A DNA stretch of 42,397 bases, from assembly GCA_003219265.1 (NCBI GenBank), contig QHQE01000001.1:1-42397 (forward strand), given 5' to 3'. The DNA is from Verrucomicrobiota bacterium (GTDB lineage Bacteria > Verrucomicrobiota > Verrucomicrobiia > Chthoniobacterales > UBA10450). Below are positions 34,223 to 42,397 of this stretch, one piece after another. A program made the position numbers and the translations under genes. Numbering within the stretch: the stretch's first letter is position 1; every line of letters begins with the position of its first letter. The notes under the pieces are model-generated. The model worked only from the letters and a program-made list of their open reading frames with translations. It had not been told where the DNA came from and made no database searches.

Positions 34223-37200
34223 TTAGAATCTCTTCTTTATCCCGGCGTACCAGAACCGGCCTTTGATCGTGGCAAGCGACTCATCGTAGCCGTTCTCAAA
34301 AGAGCCGGCAACAAATGGCGGATCTGCGTCCAAAACGTTCTGCATCCCAAGCTGGATCGTCGTGTTATTTAACCAAGCCCGCCATCCACAGGGATTGTAC
34401 TCGGCTGTGGAGACAGGCATGACGTTTTTGTCTTTGCCGCCCATCCTCACGTTCTTACCACCCTCTTTGGCTAAGCCGGGCACCTCGGCCGGAGCCGGCG
34501 GCGGCAGGTTGAACGTGTACGATACAATCAGGTCAAGCGTGGTCCACGGAGCTATTTTCCGCGCCTTTTTACCTGTCAGGCCAGTGGCAGGATCAGTTCT
34601 CGGGGTTTGTGGTTTGCCACCCACCAACGAGATATTGTCATCTTCATATTGGGCGACCCAGTGGACTACCGCGCCGATATCGAAACCCTGCAGCCATGAG
34701 TCAGCCGGACCGTCATAGAACAGACTGAAATTGGCCCGATGCCGCGGCAGCGAGCTGGTCAGGCTGAATGCCGACGGCAGAAACTCGCCTGCGATACCGA
34801 AGCGTTTTGTATCGGGCATGGTCTGAAGCTCAGCCCGGGCCAACCAGGTGCCGTTGACTGTGGCGGTCAGCCTGCCAAAATCCCCGGCCCCAAACATCGA
34901 AGATTCGAGAATATAGATCGCCTCGTAGTCGAGACCTTCGAAAATCGCACCAGCAAGGTTTTGCGACGGATCGAGGACAAAAATAACTGGTCCAAGCTCG
35001 CCAGGAATCGTAGAAACACCACGAGTAACCAAGCCCGGAAGATTATGCGAGATAATGAATTGCGCGCCCAGGGCCGACACGATGTCACGCATGTCGATAT
35101 GCCACCAGTCCGCACTCAGCGTCAGGCCTTTGAGCCATTTCGGACTGTAAATCGCGCCATAGCTATATTCATAGGCGACTTCCGGATGCAAGAAAGGATT
35201 TCCGGTAATACGTTCCTCGACCTGCGGCTCGGTTTGAGAAGAGAATGGATCGTGTACTATTGGGAAGCTCTGCAGGCCGGCAGGCGAAAGCTCCTGTACT
35301 GTCGGCGCATGAAACGCTTCGGTGTAGCTGCCACGCAAGGTCAGCGCTCCGATCCACTTGGGATCAAGCGGCTCCCAGCGAACGGAGACCTTCGGCCTCT
35401 GCGTTTGGTACGTGGTGTGTGCCGACGCCGTGACTGAAGTTGCAGAGGTATTCTGACTGTACCATTCCTCGCGCTCGGCGAAGTCAATCTCGAAGCTGTA
35501 CAAGCCGGGGAAGTTCCACGTTGGGCTAGTGACCGGGACCCGCACTTCCTCGTAGACGGACTTTACATCGCGGTTCACCCTTGCACCTTCTCGATCCACC
35601 GAGCCAATCGTTTGAAACGTCGTATTGAGCGAGTCAGGAGTGCGCGTCCATCTCTCTCCATGGTAATCAGCGCCGATCGCAAAGCCGACCGGCCCGGCCG
35701 GAAGATTGAACAGGTCACCGTCAATCTTGGCATACCAGAGAGGCAACTCAAAGCTACCGGTATTATGCAGGTTGACATAAACCCTGTTTTTGGCCGCGTT
35801 CGTGTTTACAGCAAGGAGGCCCTGGAACGGATTAAAAGCCGTGGCCGGGTTCGTATCCAGCAGCGCCGCACGCAGCCCAGGCTGGCTGACCTCGCCTATG
35901 GATATGTCCTGCCCATCGTTCCGAGCGTAACGGAAACCCAGTTCCCAATTCCAATTCTTGAAATAATCGCCAAATTCTCCCATCTCACCTTTGAGCCCAA
36001 CGTCGAAGATCGAATCCCAGAAGGTGTACTGCTCATGTCTGGGGCCGGTGTCGCTAATGCCGCGGAAACGAACCCCCGTATACATCGGGACAGGGACTCC
36101 GTTAATATTCAAAGTTGCATTCGCGACCGTGAACGGATTAAATGCATTTTGGATTGGCACGCTGATGCCGGAAGGACTGAAGTTCCTGCCCAAGTCACCA
36201 TCACCACTCACGTGGAATGGGTCGGGCGTAAACGGAACAGCCGCCAGGGATGCATCGAAAAACGAGCGCGTGTACTTAAAGTCCGCAAACACCACCAGGT
36301 ATTTGTCGCACAGATCGCGGGTGAACGAACCGTAGAAAGTTTGCCGATCCGCCGGCGGAAGGTCTGGCGTAAAAGCCGCGAAGTTGAAGAACTGATAGTT
36401 CCCATCCGGATAAGGAGCGAGCACCCCGGGCCTGATATAGAATGGAGAAGTCGCGGCGTTCGGAGCTGAGTGTGGCGTCGGCGAGCCAGAGCCGAAAAAC
36501 AATCTCGGGATCAACCTGAAGCTTCCAACGCGACCAGGTTCGTTTCCACTCCGGGCGTCGAACCCGCCAAACCGGGTGAAATTCCCGTTGCTCGAAATGT
36601 CGCGGTCCCGGCTAAAGAGGCCGCCGGTACGCTGCCAGAAATCAGCAATGACCACAACGTCAGTCTTATCATCTCCGGTGCCGGCTTTGAGCCATGCCTC
36701 CCACTCACCCATCTCGTTGGACGCTCCCAGGTTTGTGTTCCCGTAACTGCCCCCGATCTCAAGCCCGCGGAACTTGTGGACCAAAAAGTAGTTGACCACA
36801 CCGGACACCGCGTCGGCGCCATAAATAGCCGAGGCGCCATCCTTCAAAATTTCGAGATGATCGACCAACGCAAACGGAATGAGTTGGACGTCGTAGCCGC
36901 CGTTCAGTGAACTCGTCGCCCAGCGCTTGCCATCTATCAGGACCAAAGTCTCTTTCGGGAGCAGACCGCGCAAGTTGATCTGCACAGTGCCGTCACCGCC
37001 ATTGGCGATGTTCTGGTTAACCGTTCCGCCTGCCTCCTGTGGCAGAATGGTTGTGAGGTCCGTTGCGTTGCGGATGCCCAGTTTTTCGATGTCTTGTGGC
37101 CGATATGTGTCCACGGGATTTGGCCCGGTTTCTTCCGCAGTCGGAATGTTTGACCCGGTCACGATCACGCGTTCAGCGACGGCTTCGCCGGCCGGTGCTG

Positions 37201-37318
37201 GGGCTGCCGGGGCCGCCAACTGAGCGAATGCGTTCGATGCGAAAATTAAAGGAAATCCAACGCTCGCCACAAAAGCAACGCGAAGGGTTCCAAGTTTATT
37301 TAGCACGTTTTTTATCAT
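34223..37318 (-). CDS. TonB-dependent outer-membrane receptor (large, ~1030 aa)
   Basis: The ATG at 37318 is preceded by GGAG 6 nt upstream and gives the signal peptide MIKNVLNKLGTLRVAFVASVGFPLIFASNAFA. Plug motifs are VIVTGSNIP, DIEKLGIRNATDLTTILP and INLRGL..TLVLIDGKR. A long barrel ends in YAGIKKRF (terminal Phe). Confidence 0.9.
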   Translation of the reverse strand: MIKNVLNKLGTLRVAFVASVGFPLIFASNAFAQLAAPAAPAPAGEAVAERVIVTGSNIPTAEETGPNPVDTYRPQDIEKLGIRNATDLTTILPQEAGGTVNQNIANGGDGTVQINLRGLLPKETLVLIDGKRWATSSLNGGYDVQLIPFALVDHLEILKDGASAIYGADAVSGVVNYFLVHKFRGLEIGGSYGNTNLGASNEMGEWEAWLKAGTGDDKTDVVVIADFWQRTGGLFSRDRDISSNGNFTRFGGFDARSGNEPGRVGSFRLIPRLFFGSGSPTPHSAPNAATSPFYIRPGVLAPYPDGNYQFFNFAAFTPDLPPADRQTFYGSFTRDLCDKYLVVFADFKYTRSFFDASLAAVPFTPDPFHVSGDGDLGRNFSPSGISVPIQNAFNPFTVANATLNINGVPVPMYTGVRFRGISDTGPRHEQYTFWDSIFDVGLKGEMGEFGDYFKNWNWELGFRYARNDGQDISIGEVSQPGLRAALLDTNPATAFNPFQGLLAVNTNAAKNRVYVNLHNTGSFELPLWYAKIDGDLFNLPAGPVGFAIGADYHGERWTRTPDSLNTTFQTIGSVDREGARVNRDVKSVYEEVRVPVTSPTWNFPGLYSFEIDFAEREEWYSQNTSATSVTASAHTTYQTQRPKVSVRWEPLDPKWIGALTLRGSYTEAFHAPTVQELSPAGLQSFPIVHDPFSSQTEPQVEERITGNPFLHPEVAYEYSYGAIYSPKWLKGLTLSADWWHIDMRDIVSALGAQFIISHNLPGLVTRGVSTIPGELGPVIFVLDPSQNLAGAIFEGLDYEAIYILESSMFGAGDFGRLTATVNGTWLARAELQTMPDTKRFGIAGEFLPSAFSLTSSLPRHRANFSLFYDGPADSWLQGFDIGAVVHWVAQYEDDNISLVGGKPQTPRTDPATGLTGKKARKIAPWTTLDLIVSYTFNLPPPAPAEVPGLAKEGGKNVRMGGKDKNVMPVSTAEYNPCGWRAWLNNTTIQLGMQNVLDADPPFVAGSFENGYDESLATIKGRFWYAGIKKRF

Positions 37319-37749
37319 TGGTTTCTCCATGGGTTTGGTTAGGTTTGTGTAGGGATTAGGCATGATTTTGGGGTCTGACAAGGTTTTTTTTCACTTTTTT
37401 AAAGATTTTTTTGAACGGGCGCCCGTGGTCGTTTGTCACGCTCCGCCCTGTTTTTTGTCGTTTTATCGGATTTCGCAGCGGCTGCCTAGAAAAAAATTAA
37501 GAAATTTTTGCGGGCGGTCAGCGCCCGTCGGCTGCCCCAATTTCATTAGCGATGCAATGCAAAGTCGATCGTGCGCTTTTCATGAAATACGCAAAGAGGT
37601 GCACATTGCGTGCCATTCATGCGCCGCTTCGCGGATTATTTTTTAGCACCGACTGCTGACAGTTTCGACTTCACTGCGAGGGACCGGATAGTTTCCAAGC
37701 GGTGATCACATCAACGGCTGCGATATCCGTTGTGAAGGGATGCGTGCAC

Positions 37750-37775
37750 CGAATGCGCGAAAGAGCGCGCATTCG
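37750..37775 (-). other. perfect 10-bp stem-loop about 30 nt downstream of the methyltransferase stop (possible terminator or RNA-stabilising hairpin; no U-tract)
   Basis: CGAATGCGCG (37750-37759), loop AAAGAG, CGCGCATTCG (37766-37775). Neither strand has a convincing T-run after it. Confidence 0.35.
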
Positions 37776-37804
37776 ATTTGGAACTGCACCCTCGCCTCGT
37801 CAGG

Positions 37805-38506
37805 TTAAAAGTGCGCTCCTCCCTTGAAAAAGATTCGTTCGCGCTCCACATCCGCACCCCGGCGCAGAAAGAAATCGCACAGTTCGGGCGTATAGTAATT
37901 GCCACCGAATGTTGGATTGAGGCCGAAAAAAATGTTGCCCCCCGGTACAAGGTGCCGCTGCTGCAAATCGCGCAAGAAAAAATCCCATTCCGTTGGGCCC
38001 CAGAGACGTTCCGTCGGATAGTCCAAATTAAAATTGATCGAGAACGCGGTGATCCAATCGAATTTTTGGCCAAGATCAGGCAGCGCTTCGAATGCTTTGA
38101 TCCTCCACACGACGCGCGGCACGTCGAAAATATTGAGCAACTCAGCGTAAAGCGACACTTGGTCTATGTCCAGACCCAGGACGGAGTGACCAAGCTTTTT
38201 CAGGATGAACAAAAAGAATCCGCCGCCGCAGCCAAGATCGAGCACGCGCTTGGGCGCGGAGCGATGAAGTTTTAGATCTTGCACGCGTTCGCGATTCAGT
38301 CTCAACCAAGGATCAACATTCGCGTACTTGGCGTACCCGGCGGGCGAGCCGGCGTAGCGGTGCTGGATTTCGCGCAGATGTTCCGCATCGATGCCCGCGC
38401 GCAACGGCCCGAGTGGAAGCCGGAAAATAGAGCGTTGTGCTCTGCGCCAAGCGCGTCGATAGGTCAACCGCTGCGTGAGTTTGTTGATTTTATGGTAAAG
38501 CTTCAT
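37805..38506 (-). CDS. class I SAM-dependent methyltransferase
   Basis: Motif I is VLDLGCGGGFF, followed by an acidic loop (VLGLDID). 233 aa, with an N-terminal extension of about 85 aa before motif I. The substrate is not inferable. Confidence 0.8.
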   Translation of the reverse strand: MKLYHKINKLTQRLTYRRAWRRAQRSIFRLPLGPLRAGIDAEHLREIQHRYAGSPAGYAKYANVDPWLRLNRERVQDLKLHRSAPKRVLDLGCGGGFFLFILKKLGHSVLGLDIDQVSLYAELLNIFDVPRVVWRIKAFEALPDLGQKFDWITAFSINFNLDYPTERLWGPTEWDFFLRDLQQRHLVPGGNIFFGLNPTFGGNYYTPELCDFFLRRGADVERERIFFKGGAHF

Positions 38507-38622
38507 TTCGAAATTGACTGGCGCGCGCCGACGGGGCCAATAAATTGGTGCATGATGCTGACGTTACAAAAGAGTCCCGATGAATTCCAATTCCGTGCGG
38601 TGCTCTTCAGCGCAAGATCGCA

Positions 38623-38745
38623 TCAGTGCGGAGGATGAAATCCGAAATCGGTCTTCAATTTTGGCCAAAGCCCATCGATGAACCAATCTCTTTTGATAGA
38701 TCCGGCATTGTTGGCAACCAGCGTTTCCGCTCTGGCCCAGCGGGT
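38623..38745 (-). pseudogene. remnant of the 3-prime end of a paralog of the spermidine-synthase-like gene (fragment A)
   Basis: 38629-38731 aligns with 40477-40579, with about 14 mismatches in 103 nt by hand count. It encodes ...NNAGSIKRDWFIDGLWPKLKTDFGFHPPH-stop, against ...GNAGSIKRDWFIDWLWAKLETDFGFRPPAD-stop in the intact gene. There is no upstream ORF continuation. Confidence 0.65.
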
Positions 38746-38827
38746 CGTCAGCGAAACGATTCGGCTATTGGAGATTGAGAGAGATCAAGGATCGAGAGGC
38801 AGCGTCAATTTCGTCGCGCCTGCCTAG
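38746..38827 (+). pseudogene. second remnant of the same paralog, inverted relative to fragment A (fragment B)
   Basis: 38746-38809 matches the reverse complement of 40629-40689 at roughly 85-90% by eye. On the plus strand it reads VSETIRLLEIERDQGSRGSVN..., against VSEAIRLLEMERNRESRGVND in the intact minus-strand gene. Confidence 0.6.
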
Positions 38828-38847
38828 CAAAAGAAAATGTCGCCGAG

Positions 38848-40455
38848 CTAAACAGAACCGCCCATATGGAAGAAATTGTAGCGGCTCAGAAACGCTGGCC
38901 AGTTAATAATGACCTGCGAAACTGAGACGATGAGCACGATTCCTCCGAGCACGATTAATCGCAACCAATTGCGAGTAATTTGGCACATCGTCCAATCCAG
39001 TGCCCGAGCGTAAAGCAGGAAAAACGGAATCGCAGCCGCGCCGAGCAGTCTTCCGGAAGTGAAGTACGGATGCTCACGAGATGGATAGACGCAACCTCCA
39101 AAATCGAACGCGATTGACAAAAGCGCAACGAACGCGACCAGAGCAGCGAAACTTAAGAGCGCCAACCACAGGCTCTGTCGCTGAAGATACGTCAGCTTTG
39201 CTACGCTCGGAAAGAGACTGATGGTGGCCAAGCCAATCGCAAGGGTGGAAGAGATCCAGTAGAACGCATCGGTGAACGCGGAACCAAGTCGTTGGCCATG
39301 CCAGATAAATTCGCCTCGCCAGAAACTGGCCATCAGTTCCGGCCAGAACTCCTTTAATCCATCGAATGTGAAAATTGGATGCGGCCACCAATCACCGACG
39401 GTTTTGCGAGTCCATCCGAGGAACTCAATTTTCGAGCCGGTGGCAGTTAGATCGCCGAAAGTGTGATGGTTCCACGCAAGCCAGAGAGCGATTGGCACGG
39501 CCGCAGAAATTGTTAGCGCCGCGAGTGATACGATGGTCGTGCCAATCGCTCCGCCGCGAGCGAGCTGTCGCACCTTGAAGATTGCCGCGATGCCCGCCAC
39601 TGCCAGTAAAGGAACGTTAGTCGTCTTGACGAGGCAAGTGGTGGCGAGCGCGAGCCCGGTCCAAATTGCGAGACGCACACTCGGTCGTTCGGCCTGCAAT
39701 AATTTCACCAGACCGACAAACGCGATTCCAAAACAAAGTGGAGAGAGTACATCGCTCTGGATGGAATAGAAAGCGCTCTGCGGCCACACCGCCAGCAACA
39801 GCGGAACGCTTAATCGCGACAATTGTCGATCGGGAAAAACAGATTGCGCCGCAACGAACCCCACCCACACAAGACCTGCGGCGGCGAACACGTTCGAAAA
39901 ACGAATCCAATACAGCAGCCAGCCGCCTTTAAGGGCACAGGCGCGGCCAAGATTTAGCCATGCACCGGCAATGGCATAGTAAAGCGGAGGTTCCCCTGAT
40001 TCGTGATTTTGATTGGATTGCCACCAGGCCGCAATCCTGTTTACTACCTCGTCGCGCTCCTCAGCCGGCAACGTCCAGTTTGGCGGCGGAAACTGCCTTG
40101 TATTAAACTGCCGCGGACTCGCAAAGTACTCGGGCGTGCCGTAGAGAGAGAAATAATAGGCAGCCTCGGCGGAGAAATAGCCCAGATCGCGCGGTGAATC
40201 GCAATGCGCGTATTTCATTACCAGATCCACGTGCGCCTGCTCATCGACATTGTTGAAAAACGGAAAGGCCGCAGCAAACGTGAAGACGCGGACTGCGGCT
40301 ATCGCGCAGAGGAGCAAGACGATAATGCGTTCGTGCCCCGTTGACAATGTTATTGGAGCGTTCGTCTTGCTCACCAATGTGCGCAGTGCGAGTTGTAAAC
40401 AGTCATTGCCGGTCAGCCCGATTCTCGCTGAGTTGCAATTTCCGCGCAGGAGCAA
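38848..40455 (-). CDS. polytopic membrane protein, GT-C-like (DUF2142/ArnT-like) putative glycosyltransferase
   Basis: About 12 hydrophobic segments. The first-loop acidic motif FFNNVDEQAHVD resembles the DE..H loop motif of DUF2142/GT-C proteins. The start is uncertain: TTG at 40455, or GTG at 40374. It begins only 11 nt after the upstream stop. Confidence 0.6.
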   Translation of the reverse strand: MLLRGNCNSARIGLTGNDCLQLALRTLVSKTNAPITLSTGHERIIVLLLCAIAAVRVFTFAAAFPFFNNVDEQAHVDLVMKYAHCDSPRDLGYFSAEAAYYFSLYGTPEYFASPRQFNTRQFPPPNWTLPAEERDEVVNRIAAWWQSNQNHESGEPPLYYAIAGAWLNLGRACALKGGWLLYWIRFSNVFAAAGLVWVGFVAAQSVFPDRQLSRLSVPLLLAVWPQSAFYSIQSDVLSPLCFGIAFVGLVKLLQAERPSVRLAIWTGLALATTCLVKTTNVPLLAVAGIAAIFKVRQLARGGAIGTTIVSLAALTISAAVPIALWLAWNHHTFGDLTATGSKIEFLGWTRKTVGDWWPHPIFTFDGLKEFWPELMASFWRGEFIWHGQRLGSAFTDAFYWISSTLAIGLATISLFPSVAKLTYLQRQSLWLALLSFAALVAFVALLSIAFDFGGCVYPSREHPYFTSGRLLGAAAIPFFLLYARALDWTMCQITRNWLRLIVLGGIVLIVSVSQVIINWPAFLSRYNFFHMGGSV

Positions 40456-40466
40456 CGTGCTTCACC

Positions 40467-42397
40467 TTAATCAGCGGGAGGACGAAATCCGAAATCCGTC
40501 TCCAATTTTGCCCACAGCCAATCGATGAACCAATCTCTCTTGATCGATCCGGCGTTGCCCGCAACCAGCGTTTCCGCTTTGTCGACACTGCCGTTCAAGC
40601 AGTAGAGATAAGTGAGCAGCAATATATCATTGACGCCTCTCGATTCTCGATTTCTCTCCATCTCCAATAGCCGAATTGCTTCGCTGACGTGCCGCGAAGC
40701 CAGCGCTCCCGCAACCAAATCCGGCAGCGTTTCGGTGGGCGGGCTCTCGGAATTCAGCGCGACCCGCTCAGCGATCGAGAGCCGGAATTCATCGCTGCGC
40801 AAGACCTCCAAGACCGGCGTGCGCAAGCGTGAACCGCGCAGGTAAAGGTCCAGTTCGGCCAGCTTATTGCTGCCCATCAGTTCAGAAAGATAGCGCGATT
40901 CTCGGACCGCAAAAAATGAGTGAAGTGATTTGTTCAGCGTCTCGGGCCAAATCCTGTTGATCAGTGGAGACCAAAGGAATCGGTGAACGGCGGCGGCGGC
41001 TTCCATGTAGGGCCAGGCGAAGCGGTGTGTCGCCTGTTCATCCCAAGGCGCATCGGACAGACGCTTCGGATAAAAATCTGTCAAAGGCGCTATATCACGT
41101 GTAATGCGATCGATTTCTTCACCGTCCATCAGAAACAGGGCGGCCAACTGCTGCGGAACCTCGACGCCAATGCGCCTCAAGTCTGCGCCGGTGCCCGCCT
41201 CGCTCCACAAGCGTCCCATCTCTTCTTCTCTGACTCCGCGGCCCGGTCCTTTGATGCCCATCATAATCCATTCCTGATCGGCGCTGGCCCAGACCGACGC
41301 GTTCGAGAACGCATTATGAAACGCGCGGAGGATTGCCTTCGCCTCAGCCACTTTGAGCTGGTTAATCGGAAGCCAAAAGGTCGCGATTCCGCCTTCCTTC
41401 AGCCGGCTGTGCATGAGCGAAAAAAATTCCTCGGTGTAGAGATTGACTGAACCCGCCACCTTGGGTGGCGGCGGTTCTCCAGAAATAATGTCGTACTGCC
41501 GCGGGCTGGCCTGGAGGAAAAAGCGGCCGTCTTGAACAAACGCAGTGACACGAGGATCGCGCAGCGGATTCGAGTAGTTAATGCCCGAATATGAATCAGC
41601 GAGATCGAACACCTCCTTCGATATGTCCACGACGTCGATCCGCTTCAGATGCGACTCACGAACGAAGGCGTCTGCCGTAACCCCGCAGCCGTAACAAATG
41701 AGCAGCACGTCGGTCGATTCGGGACGGAAAGCCAACGGAATATACCCGAACAGCCTCATATAGCGTTGGCTGTGCGGGTTTGTGGCGGACATCGAAAACG
41801 CGTTCGTCAGCCGAAGCAATTGGAATGTGTCAGAGATGCCCTCCACTTTTTTGATCGGATGCGCGAGCGAGCGCCCATAATCATCCATTTCGTAAGGGCG
41901 GGTGGCATGGGCGAAGTGCGCTTCGTCGCGGTGATACGGAAAGATTGCGAGAATAAGAATCAGAACTGCGGAAAGCCCAATGATGATTAAGCCTACTGCT
42001 CGTCGAAATGACCAACTCGACCGTCCGCTCACAAGAATCCCGATCAGAGCATAACCCACAGAGCAGAATATAAGGCTCCATTGGAAACCGATCGTGGGCA
42101 GAAGCGCGAAACCAGCCAGCAGTGGACCAGCCGCCGCCCCAGTCGTGTTGAACAGAGTCGTTAGGCCAATGCTATTCATTCGGTCGCCCACGCTGGCCTG
42201 AACGGATGCAAGAATGGATGGAAAGAGAATTCCCGAGAGAAACGCGACGGGAAACATTAATGCGAGCGAGAGGAGCCCGATATTCCACCAAGCGACTTCA
42301 AACGAACCGGCGCGCGCTTGAACCGCCTTCCCAGGGAAGAACAAGTATGAAAGAAGAGTTGTAATCGCCGCCAGTAACAAGAAAACGGGCAGCAAGT
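40467..42397 (-). CDS. fused polytopic-membrane / spermidine-synthase-like (class I methyltransferase fold) protein with a helical TPR-like C-terminal domain; 5-prime partial at the window edge
   Basis: The ORF runs off the window end. N-terminal TM helices are followed by LLICYGCGVTADAF, VVDISKEV and DIISGEPPPPKVAGSVNLYTEEFF, which resembles the spermidine synthase signature D..D..P...LYT.EF. The C-terminal ~190 aa are helical-repeat-like. Confidence 0.75.
   Translation of the reverse strand, partial: LLPVFLLLAAITTLLSYLFFPGKAVQARAGSFEVAWWNIGLLSLALMFPVAFLSGILFPSILASVQASVGDRMNSIGLTTLFNTTGAAAGPLLAGFALLPTIGFQWSLIFCSVGYALIGILVSGRSSWSFRRAVGLIIIGLSAVLILILAIFPYHRDEAHFAHATRPYEMDDYGRSLAHPIKKVEGISDTFQLLRLTNAFSMSATNPHSQRYMRLFGYIPLAFRPESTDVLLICYGCGVTADAFVRESHLKRIDVVDISKEVFDLADSYSGINYSNPLRDPRVTAFVQDGRFFLQASPRQYDIISGEPPPPKVAGSVNLYTEEFFSLMHSRLKEGGIATFWLPINQLKVAEAKAILRAFHNAFSNASVWASADQEWIMMGIKGPGRGVREEEMGRLWSEAGTGADLRRIGVEVPQQLAALFLMDGEEIDRITRDIAPLTDFYPKRLSDAPWDEQATHRFAWPYMEAAAAVHRFLWSPLINRIWPETLNKSLHSFFAVRESRYLSELMGSNKLAELDLYLRGSRLRTPVLEVLRSDEFRLSIAERVALNSESPPTETLPDLVAGALASRHVSEAIRLLEMERNRESRGVNDILLLTYLYCLNGSVDKAETLVAGNAGSIKRDWFIDWLWAKLETDFGFRPPAD

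Noticed and set aside
37362-37646. A 94-aa Cys-rich ORF on the plus strand, in the intergenic region upstream of the TonB-dependent receptor.
   Set aside because: It starts inside the track's extended receptor ORF, just upstream of the start adopted here, on the opposite strand, runs through homopolymer T tracts, has no Shine-Dalgarno sequence and has an implausible composition. The region is more likely non-coding.
37319-37804. A cobalamin or other known riboswitch in front of the TonB-dependent receptor.
   Set aside because: I read the sense strand and found no B12-box-like element or any other riboswitch core I recognise. I kept it only as an unexplained long leader; see the findings.
1-42397. 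A window-wide look for CRISPR arrays, IS elements, integrases, prophage genes, toxin-antitoxin pairs and defence-system hallmarks such as large ATPases, nucleases paired with methylases, or reverse transcriptases.
   Set aside because: No regularly spaced direct repeats were seen. No ORF has transposase, recombinase, RT or helicase motifs I can recognise. The only nuclease-fold candidate (17558-18286) is a solitary MmcB-like gene next to hemB.

Overview
A 42.4-kb bacterial chromosomal window of about 55% GC by eye. From gene content it is probably a PVC/Verrucomicrobiota-like soil organism, but that is a low-confidence inference. I support about 30 CDS and one tRNA. I found no rRNA, CRISPR array, transposase, integrase or phage genes.

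The left half (1-21.2 kb) is mostly housekeeping:
- a partial MqnD-like gene, a DegT-type aminotransferase and tRNA-Tyr
- an RRM RNA-binding protein
- a translationally coupled KS plus Cys-less KS-like pair, just upstream of lptD
- ugd, rsmB, an M29 aminopeptidase, coaX, hemB and gpmI

Three unusual genes are interspersed in that half:
- a 1125-aa bitopic protein with duplicated TPR modules, a mucin-like linker, an acidic region and an unrecognised C-terminal repeat array
- a small protein with a glycine zipper and a polybasic tail
- a membrane-anchored alkaline-phosphatase homolog in which nearly all catalytic residues appear replaced

The right half (23.6 kb to the window end) is the most interesting part. 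It is a dense island of envelope genes:
- six GT-C-like membrane glycosyltransferase candidates, four of them TMTC/DUF1736-like N-domains fused to C-terminal TPR arrays, falling into two paralog pairs
- a TonB-dependent receptor and a SAM methyltransferase
- a fused membrane/spermidine-synthase-like protein
- a rearrangement scar made of two fragments of that last gene in opposite orientations

I read the island as a candidate uncharacterised periplasmic glycosylation system. This is inference: neither the donor nor the acceptor is identified. All family assignments come from motif recognition by eye; no searches were run.
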